A stretch of DNA of 24,229 nucleotides from positions 1-24,229 of the forward strand of contig JBFHIN010000001.1 of assembly GCA_041596415.1 (NCBI GenBank). The letters run 5' to 3'. The notes beneath the pieces are model-generated. The model saw only the letters and a program-made list of their open reading frames with translations, made no database searches and was not told the DNA's origin. Positions 1-6,916 of the stretch are shown piece by piece (the first letter of the stretch is position 1; each line of letters opens with the position of its first letter). Source of the stretch: Crocinitomicaceae bacterium (GTDB taxonomy: Bacteria; Bacteroidota; Bacteroidia; Flavobacteriales_D; Crocinitomicaceae). The translations under genes and the position numbers were made by a program.

Positions 1-474
1 AAATCCCTCTTCACCGTTGGCTAAGAGTCCTGTTTTTAGATTTTTTAATTCGTAACCATGACAATAAGGGCAGTGCACAACACTTATTCCCCAACATTCC
101 TGAAAACCTGGGATAGGCATCATAAGATCTTTTATACCTGTCGCAAAGATTAGTTTTTTAGCAGCGTAGATACTTTTGTCCTCGAGCATAATCTCAAAGC
201 CCGACATAGTTTCTTTCGCTGCAATCACTTCGGCTTCCACAAAGTCAACTGTCTTGTATTTGTACAGGTCTTTACGACCCAATAGATTAAGTTCTTTGGG
301 TGTTTTCCCCTCATGGGTCAGAAAGTTATGAGAAAAGGGTGTTTGCCGATTACAGGGATTTCCACCGTCAACGATCAAAACATGGCGAAGAGCCCTACCT
401 AGCGCAACACCAGCTGAAAGCCCACTGAAACTTCCTCCGATTATTATTACTTCATACTGTTTTGCTTGAGTCAT
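1..474 (-). CDS. NAD(P)/FAD-dependent oxidoreductase, thioredoxin-reductase-like; partial, runs off the window start; not in the ORF track
   Basis: Manual translation from the ATG at 474 gives MTQAKQYEVIIIGGSFSGLSAGVALGRALRHVLIVDGGNPCNR...LIFATGIKD...WGISVVHCPYCHGYE. This shows an FAD-binding GGxxxG motif, the ATG motif and a redox CxxC (CPYC). Confidence 0.9.
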   Translation of the reverse strand, partial: MTQAKQYEVIIIGGSFSGLSAGVALGRALRHVLIVDGGNPCNRQTPFSHNFLTHEGKTPKELNLLGRKDLYKYKTVDFVEAEVIAAKETMSGFEIMLEDKSIYAAKKLIFATGIKDLMMPIPGFQECWGISVVHCPYCHGYELKNLKTGLLANGEEGF

Positions 475-702
475 ATACCTCTCATTGTTCCTGTTAAATT
501 CAGAATAATTAAACTACTAAACCCAACCTTTCTGGTAAGTTATTGAGAAAAAAGTGGAAGAGCAAAATGGCTCAGTGGGTGAGCGGATTTGTTCAGTGGA
601 ATTTTACTTGATTTGGAAGTAAATCTTCATGTAAAATAAACTCCATTTATTTATTAATTTCCAAATGAAACACCTACTTTAGGTAGATACAAAAGGTTTG
701 TT

Positions 703-1545
703 ATGACAAATAAAACTATATTACCGATACAGAAGTTCATTCTTTATGTCTTCGTATTGATAGCAAATTTAGGCGTGACCAATTTTGGCTGGGCACAAAC
801 AGTAGGGGAATTAGTTATTCCGGATGAATTGCGTGTTGTTGAAGGATTATATCCCCTTAAGAATTCAAAAGGAAACGGTTATGATATCCTAATACAGGAA
901 GTGGGTAAGTCACCATTAAAAGAATTTAGAAAAGAATTGAAAGATTCTTACGGGATCAATGCTAAAAAGAAAGGATCCAGTTTGGTTGCCTTGGATCAAA
1001 TGGTGAATACTTTGAGTGACAAGAAATTCGATTTGTATGTTTACATGGTTAAAGACCAGGATGGAAAGCATCTCAGACTCTGGATGAACATTGATGGAGA
1101 CAATTATATTTCCTCTTCTAGTCATAATGCTGAATCGTATAAGTTGAGCACCTTATTAAAGGACTTTGTGCGCGAATATTATAGCAACTACCTTCAAGAT
1201 CAGATCGATGATCAAACCAAGGCAGTAAACAAAATGAGCCGAACCGTAGATAAAGATCAGAAATCTTTGGCGCGATTAAAAAGTGATAAAGAGAAATTGG
1301 AATCTAAACTGCTTAAAACAGAGTCAAAGCAAAAAAAATTAGAAGCTAAATTGACTAGTATACAATCAGAAATAGCAACAAATGCTAAGGATATGAAAAA
1401 CATGAAGGACGAAATCGACAATTACGAAGTGAAAATAAAATCTGAAAATATAAACGTTGAGGATAAATCTTCGGATTTAAACAGGACCAATGAGGAGTTG
1501 GAGATCATGAAAAAAGGCATGGAAAAATTGGTTAATTTAAAGTAG
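703..1545 (+). CDS. Exported hypothetical protein with a long C-terminal coiled coil
   Basis: 280-aa ORF with an N-terminal hydrophobic signal ending GWA|Q. The C-terminal ~110 aa is K/E/Q/D-rich with heptad periodicity. Confidence 0.8.
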   Translation: MTNKTILPIQKFILYVFVLIANLGVTNFGWAQTVGELVIPDELRVVEGLYPLKNSKGNGYDILIQEVGKSPLKEFRKELKDSYGINAKKKGSSLVALDQMVNTLSDKKFDLYVYMVKDQDGKHLRLWMNIDGDNYISSSSHNAESYKLSTLLKDFVREYYSNYLQDQIDDQTKAVNKMSRTVDKDQKSLARLKSDKEKLESKLLKTESKQKKLEAKLTSIQSEIATNAKDMKNMKDEIDNYEVKIKSENINVEDKSSDLNRTNEELEIMKKGMEKLVNLK

Positions 1546-1546
1546 G

Positions 1547-1563
1547 GCACCTTGCGGTGTTTT
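1547..1563 (+). terminator. Weak intrinsic terminator candidate after 703..1545
   Basis: GCACC-TTGC-GGTGT hairpin (one G-U pair) followed by a short T run, directly after the stop codon. Confidence 0.35.
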
Positions 1564-1588
1564 CATTATCAACGATCGTTCCCTCGAT

Positions 1589-2224
1589 TTACTTCACCTT
1601 ATTTTTAAACTTTGTCAACCCCTGAAACACCATATCCATCACTTGTTCAATAGGGAGTGCATTATTGGCTGATACTGTTGTTCCTCCTACATTTGTTTGG
1701 AAGCTGCCAATGCTCCTAAATCCTCTGGCTCTGGTTACTTTTCGATATTTGCAACGCTTATCAATACCGTACGCTTTCATTTTAACCTTCACGAATGGGT
1801 GAAGTCTTGAGTAGTTCGCGTTTGGTCCGCCAACACCAACTCCTTTGGTGAGTCCGACAGTGATCTTGAACTTTACGTAATACTCCATGTATTCTGTTTT
1901 CATGGCCTGACGTTTTGTGCCCGTTGGAAAACCTCCAACCTGTTCAGAAGTAGCAGCTGTTTTGCGTTCCACACCTTTAGAATTCATAGAATATACGTAC
2001 TGAGAAGGAACCATTAATTCTTGCTGAACAATGTTCTTTATTTCGTTTACTGTCGAATCGTACAAGCGGGTAGGAATGGACAAACGTCCTGAATTATTGT
2101 TAAATACGAATTGATTGGTCAGACGATTATCAATGAACCAACGAACTTTGTAAATACCGGCATTTTCTTGTGCAAAGGAGCACAGTTTCATAAAAAGAAA
2201 ACCAATAAATAAAAATCGCTTCAT
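1589..2224 (-). CDS. Exported basic hypothetical protein; likely start is the ATG at 2224 (MKRFLFIGF), not 2272
   Basis: Signal-peptide-like MKRFLFIGFLFMKLCSFA|QE. No family motif recognised. Confidence 0.7.
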   Translation of the reverse strand: MKRFLFIGFLFMKLCSFAQENAGIYKVRWFIDNRLTNQFVFNNNSGRLSIPTRLYDSTVNEIKNIVQQELMVPSQYVYSMNSKGVERKTAATSEQVGGFPTGTKRQAMKTEYMEYYVKFKITVGLTKGVGVGGPNANYSRLHPFVKVKMKAYGIDKRCKYRKVTRARGFRSIGSFQTNVGGTTVSANNALPIEQVMDMVFQGLTKFKNKVK

Positions 2225-2365
2225 ACGCTTATAAATTTGGGCGCAAGTTACAGAATTAAAAGGATACAACAATCCAAAGTAATTGTGTAATTCATCATGT
2301 AATAATGTGAAAAATTAAATGTGTGAAACTTACACAATAACTGATCATATAACTCGTTTGCAATG

Positions 2366-2470
2366 AAGTCATCAAGAAATTCCTTTAATGAAAGGGAATG
2401 CCAACCGACCCGGCAGGGCACGGTGGAAAAACGATGTGAGGCTCGCGCCTAAACAAATATGCGAACTCCG
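2366..2470 (+). ncRNA. SAM riboswitch aptamer, SAM-I/IV-variant-like (no P4; P5 hairpin 3' of P1)
   Basis: P1 CAUC(2370-73)/GAUG(2433-36). J1/2 AAGA. P2 AUUCCUUU/AAGGGAAU (2379-2399). P3 CCAACC(2401-06)/GGUGG(2422-26) with the AA/U internal loop. P5 AGGC-UCGC-GCCU (2439-2450). The element is a GC-rich island in an AT-rich leader. Confidence 0.85.
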
Positions 2471-2521
2471 TGATTTTATTCTTGATGGTGTATATGTTTA
2501 ACACTAAAAACTTCATACATC

Positions 2522-3202
2522 ATGAAAAAAAAGAAATTGAATTTTGTTTCATTAAAAGCTGTAAAGCGGTTTTTTGAAAAATTGTATCAGAGGCGAAATA
2601 CAACTGTTTCATTACCTCACTCAGAGAAGAATTTAGCTCCAGATGGTTCTTCAAAAGGCTCTCTTTTTAGTTCAGATTTCCCTCGGGAGGATGAAGTGGA
2701 TTTTTTGTATGACAACTGTGGTGGTTTATGTGGTTGTGGACCAAATAAATGCCGCTATGACGATTATTTTTTTGGTTTACACATGGCTCTAGATATCCAT
2801 GTTCAAAACATGAAAAATGCTAAAAAAGAGAAAGTAATTGATTACTTAACGTGCAATCAGATACAACTTTTGTATAAGAACGGAGAAGTTAACCAATTTT
2901 TAATAAAAACTGACCTAATCGAAAATAACTACGTGTCTTTAAATTCAACTCCATGTTTGGATCCTCTATTGCTTGTAGTCCGTCATGATAAATTACAAAC
3001 GCATATAGACGTTTCTAGTTTGGATCGATACTTAATGATTGGTTTTGACGAAAAAAGAGAGATCATCGGAGTTACTGTGTTGAATTCGAATGCTAATGGG
3101 TCGTTTTTTTTATTGACGCTGGCAAAATTTATCTTGATCATTTCGCAACGTGAATTGACTGAGTGGAATGGAATACTGAGCTTTAATGCGTTAACAAATT
3201 GA
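2522..3202 (+). CDS. Hypothetical protein with a Cys cluster (CGGLCGCGPNKC) and a possible divergent DUF192-like C-terminal domain
   Basis: 226-aa ORF placed between the riboswitch and a strong terminator. The C-terminal half follows the DUF192 pattern by eye (LLLVV..THIDV...YLMIGFDEKREIIGV...AKFILII). The function call is weak. Confidence 0.65.
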   Translation: MKKKKLNFVSLKAVKRFFEKLYQRRNTTVSLPHSEKNLAPDGSSKGSLFSSDFPREDEVDFLYDNCGGLCGCGPNKCRYDDYFFGLHMALDIHVQNMKNAKKEKVIDYLTCNQIQLLYKNGEVNQFLIKTDLIENNYVSLNSTPCLDPLLLVVRHDKLQTHIDVSSLDRYLMIGFDEKREIIGVTVLNSNANGSFFLLTLAKFILIISQRELTEWNGILSFNALTN

Positions 3203-3204
3203 TG

Positions 3205-3244
3205 AAAAAGGCTCCGAATTTACATTTGTAGGAGCCTTTTTTTA
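3205..3244. terminator. Bidirectional intrinsic terminator
   Basis: AAAAAGGCTCC(3205-15)...GGAGCCTTTTTTTT(3231-44) between convergent genes. Confidence 0.85.
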
Positions 3245-3424
3245 TGCTGATATGCACAGGTTACTTTCCTTGAACACAAAAAAAAAAATTGATGAGATAC
3301 CATTAGGTGTGAATTTAGTAGAAGAGAATCTTAGAATAAACGATTTCTAAATTACACATTCCATGAGCGACCCTTTAAAGTACTTCAAAAAGCATCAAAA
3401 GTATTGAAGAAATAGTTTTTCTTT

Positions 3425-5011
3425 TTATTTCAATTTTATTTCGGCTACAATTCTCAACTGTTCTTCTAAAATGTCTTTTAAATCTTCAATCGTCGTAAAT
3501 GGATTCATTAGTACAGTTCGGAACCAAGTGCGATAAAACTCGTTTTTACTACATTTAAGTTTAGTGTATGAAACAAAAGAATTACCCCTTGCAAATTGTT
3601 CCTTTTGAAGCGTTTCGTTGATCGAATTGATTTCCTCTTCTTCATGTAAAGTCAGGTTTTGCGCCAGAACTTTTCCTCGATATTTCTCTGGAATATACCT
3701 ATATAATAATATATTCAAGGTTGGAAATTTATAGATCTGAAATTCTTCATGGCTAGCTATGATATTATGGAAGGAAACACAACGTGCGATGTTGTCGTCC
3801 AAGACTTCTTCAAATCCTTTTTTACCCATTATGGCTAAGGTACCATGCAATGTCAATGCTGAAAAGTTACGTGTACCTTCAATGGTGTATCGCCCAATAT
3901 CAAAACTTCCTTTTCTTGCTTGATAGTGCGTGTTATTTTCTGAAGCTTTTGCTAAACACAGATCCTTGAAAATCACAAAACTCGATCCAATGGGCATATA
4001 GAGTTGTTTATGGCCACAAATAGTAACACTATCAGCTCGTTCAATACCTTTGAATTTTTGTTTAGACTGCTCACTAAGTAAAAAAGCACCTCCAAACGCA
4101 GCATCCGCATGAAAATGGATATTGTTTTGTTCAGCAATATCGGCTATGAGCTCTAGATTATTGATTTCTCCACTTTCTGTAGTACCAGCAACACCAACGA
4201 GTGCTACGATCAGAACATTTTTAGCCTTATAGTCATTGATCTTATCATTTATTCGTTTTTGAATTTCTGAATCAGTTAGATTTTCCCATTCAAAGAAATC
4301 AACGTTGTGTTTTCCAATTCCTATAATTTTAGCAGCTTTATTAAAACTGTAATGACAAAGTTTTGGCGCTATGATAACGGCTTTTTCATAACCCTTTGCA
4401 GTCAAAGCGTAATGTATACCTTGATTATTTACACCGTTTTTGTCATTTGCATCGAGTAAATTAGAAAGGGCATAACTCATTGCCGTGATATTCGACATAG
4501 TTCCACCATTTGTAACGACACCGAAAACCTTTTCAGGATCATTTATACCGTCGGTGTACACCTTTTCTTGATAATGAAATATTTCTTTGTGAAAAAACGC
4601 CAGTACTTCTCTTTCAATTTTACTACCAATTCCGGATGTTTCGATCTTAACCAGATTTTGATTGTAATTTATGGATAGATCATTCAAATGACTCACTAGG
4701 GGTGGGATAGGTCCGGTCATGTGACCTATGAATTTTTTGGAATATACATTTACAATATTGGGCTCTACGGTAGATGCAATGAAATTATTGTACGTATCAA
4801 AGGATAGGGTATACTTATCAAAAAGTAAATTTGATTCATGATAATTAGAATTGGTTGAAATACAATTTGTATTTACTCTTTCAAGAAGTTGATCATAATA
4901 GAAATCGTTTTCTTTTTGTTTTGAAAACAGGGAAGGAATTGGATTTCTTTCGACTTTAGGTTCTTCTTTTGTTTCCAATTCACATGAGTTTAGTGCTGCA
5001 ACATCAATCAT
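3425..5011 (-). CDS. panP: Group II PLP-dependent decarboxylase, PanP-like (pyridoxal-dependent aspartate 1-decarboxylase family)
   Basis: Motifs FIGHMT, NQNLVKIETS, NGGT, HADAAFGG, VTICGHKQLYMP (PLP lysine), RKGSFDIGRYTIEGTR and FRTVLMNPFTT match Vibrio-type PanP. The substrate is not proven. Confidence 0.75.
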   Translation of the reverse strand: MIDVAALNSCELETKEEPKVERNPIPSLFSKQKENDFYYDQLLERVNTNCISTNSNYHESNLLFDKYTLSFDTYNNFIASTVEPNIVNVYSKKFIGHMTGPIPPLVSHLNDLSINYNQNLVKIETSGIGSKIEREVLAFFHKEIFHYQEKVYTDGINDPEKVFGVVTNGGTMSNITAMSYALSNLLDANDKNGVNNQGIHYALTAKGYEKAVIIAPKLCHYSFNKAAKIIGIGKHNVDFFEWENLTDSEIQKRINDKINDYKAKNVLIVALVGVAGTTESGEINNLELIADIAEQNNIHFHADAAFGGAFLLSEQSKQKFKGIERADSVTICGHKQLYMPIGSSFVIFKDLCLAKASENNTHYQARKGSFDIGRYTIEGTRNFSALTLHGTLAIMGKKGFEEVLDDNIARCVSFHNIIASHEEFQIYKFPTLNILLYRYIPEKYRGKVLAQNLTLHEEEEINSINETLQKEQFARGNSFVSYTKLKCSKNEFYRTWFRTVLMNPFTTIEDLKDILEEQLRIVAEIKLK

Positions 5012-5410
5012 TAGCTATAGGTTTGCTTTAATCTTTTTAATTAAAAATGAATCAAAAAAAAAAATGGAACAATCGATCTATGCGTTGAGATCCATTTGGC
5101 TTATCAGGATTCTTATTTCCTACAATGAGTCAAAATTCAACGGATCTATCGTTGTTCATTTTTATTCACTTTTAATAGATCTTTATTTCGAGTTAAAATT
5201 GTTAGTATTAAATAAAAGAAAACTGTTCTGTTTTATTTTTTCGGCCGCAAAACTAACTGCAATTTTTTGATTAAGGTTAAAAAAAACGTGCGTATTTTTA
5301 AATATTGTTAAAAAAAACGAACGTTAAGTTTTTAAGCCCGTTTACTAAACAGCTTTTTGCTTGTTTAATTTGAATAGCGATTGATATTTAATACTTAGCA
5401 TTGTATTTTA

Positions 5411-5418
5411 TACGTTTG
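5411..5418 (+). promoter_or_regulatory. Bacteroidota housekeeping promoter -7 element
   Basis: TACGTTTG matches TAnnTTTG, about 30 nt upstream of the ATG at 5449. No clear -33 box. Confidence 0.45.
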
Positions 5419-5448
5419 AGCGCAAGAAATAATATTAACTATTTAAGG

Positions 5449-5961
5449 ATGAAAAATTGGAATTGGGCACTGACCATTCTTGCCGTCATTAACACTATCG
5501 CCATTTGGGGCATTGTAACGTATTTTTCCAACTTGGGACAGGGAATGGCAATAATGGCTGCAATTGTACTTCCGATATATGTGGTTGTTTTCTCCATTTT
5601 CATTGCCATAATTGTTTATTTGAAACGTAAAAGTTATTTCCAAAAGGAAATCATTTTTAGCACTTTGTTCCTGTTGTTATTCTGTACACCTATACCGCAT
5701 ATGATTTTCTGGAGCGTGTCTCAACCTTCAGTTAGGACAATGGAAGAAGGAAGCTTATTGCCTGACGATTCATTTTTAAAAACTGAAACCGATGTTCGCA
5801 AAGGTAAAGTAATAGCTGTACGGTATTGGATAAGTAAACCAGGTAGAACGCAATTACTGAAAGACTCGACATGGGTTACATACAACGGAGAAGGTGATAC
5901 CGTAAAAGTTGAAAAATACCATCATGGTAAATTGTTATCTAGAGAAAATCGTGGAAAGTGA
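5449..5961 (+). CDS. Hypothetical membrane protein (about 3 TM segments plus a soluble C-terminus); likely start 5449
   Basis: Three hydrophobic segments. The TTG-extended ORF from 5401 would overlap the -7 element. Confidence 0.75.
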   Translation: MKNWNWALTILAVINTIAIWGIVTYFSNLGQGMAIMAAIVLPIYVVVFSIFIAIIVYLKRKSYFQKEIIFSTLFLLLFCTPIPHMIFWSVSQPSVRTMEEGSLLPDDSFLKTETDVRKGKVIAVRYWISKPGRTQLLKDSTWVTYNGEGDTVKVEKYHHGKLLSRENRGK

Positions 5962-6024
5962 TTTCAATATTTTCATTGGGATGATGCTGTTTGCGGCACC
6001 GGGTAGCATTGATTGTTAAGTAGA

Positions 6025-6049
6025 AAGAAAAAGCCCCCTCTCGGGGGCT
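6025..6049 (-). terminator. Intrinsic terminator of 6126..6779
   Basis: On the minus strand, AGCCCCC-GAGA-GGGGGCT is followed by TTTTCTTT. Confidence 0.85.
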
Positions 6050-6125
6050 AAATCATGGTGAAGATTTAGTTTTGTTGTTGTTTTAAAAGGTTGGGTAGGG
6101 AATTAAAAGGTGGTTAGGTTAAGTT

Positions 6126-6779
6126 TTATTTCAATTCTGATCGTGCAAACAATTCTAGAAAAGAATCATCACTGTATAATTGAGACGATGAAATAACGAT
6201 CGAATTATTATCTACAGTGATTTTACCGTCTACATTCAATTCACCATATTCAAGTTCCACTTTAGAGTTCTGAATTAAACTTAAAACTCCGTGCTGCGCT
6301 ACGTGAATAGGTCCAGAAGTTAACGTAAGGATACTGTGCGTGAGCTGAACTTTTCCAGATGTTATGGTAACTCTATGATTTGCAATGAGTTCTGAGCCAT
6401 TTCTAGCGTCTACTTGTCCATTCTCAAAGACAGATAAATCCGTCAATTCAATTCTTCCATCGTTCTCAAGTTTTCCTCCGGCAACCATAATGCTATAGTT
6501 GGAAAACAATGCTCCGTTTTTTGCAATGGAAAGATTACTAGCATTTCCCAAAAACAAGGTGTGGTTAAGATCTATGGAATTTTGAATTTGAATAACATCA
6601 CTTGTGTTGTTTAAATCCGGTGAGCATCCACACAGAGATTTACCATCTGTTGACCAAACTTCTTTACTGTCCCATTTTCCATCTTTTAAGGTGATGTACG
6701 TTTCAGCGTAAGCACCGTTGGTCATTATTAAGCTCATAACAGCTCCTACCAGTAACTTCAAAAGATCAAATTTTCTCAT
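6126..6779 (-). CDS. Exported hypothetical beta-rich protein
   Basis: Signal peptide ending AYA|E, a GKWDSKEVWS motif like the N-termini of Bacteroidota surface proteins, and repetitive beta-strand/Gly pattern. Confidence 0.75.
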   Translation of the reverse strand: MRKFDLLKLLVGAVMSLIMTNGAYAETYITLKDGKWDSKEVWSTDGKSLCGCSPDLNNTSDVIQIQNSIDLNHTLFLGNASNLSIAKNGALFSNYSIMVAGGKLENDGRIELTDLSVFENGQVDARNGSELIANHRVTITSGKVQLTHSILTLTSGPIHVAQHGVLSLIQNSKVELEYGELNVDGKITVDNNSIVISSSQLYSDDSFLELFARSELK

Positions 6780-6916
6780 AGCTTCAATTTTTAAGTATTA
6801 ATCATCTTAAATACTTAGCAATGATACTTTCTTGAAATAGATTAGATGAGAAATTATCGTTAAATGGAAAAGTTTAGCCGATAAAGTGATTTATTGTACT
6901 TTTTGAGATGAAATTT

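Noticed and set aside
2305-2336. TGTGA half-sites suggesting CRP/cAMP control, attractive given the nearby cyclase
   Set aside because: Neither fits TGTGA-N6-TCACA; the best is TGTGA-N5-ACACA.
5064-5270. 68-aa hydrophobic ORF in the intergenic region upstream of the decarboxylase
   Set aside because: Its F/L/I/K-rich composition is what AT-rich non-coding DNA produces, and it lies where the promoter of the divergent gene is expected. It cannot be fully excluded without Ribo-seq.
6049-6125. A-rich leader-like tract ending in ATG-ATT-TAG downstream of 6126..6779 (minus strand)
   Set aside because: Encodes only two codons running into the terminator; no evidence of function.
5390-6820. Shared 11-mer AATACTTAGCA at 5390 and 6810
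   Set aside because: Matches of this length between distant sites are expected by chance in AT-rich DNA, and the orientation relative to the two genes is opposite.
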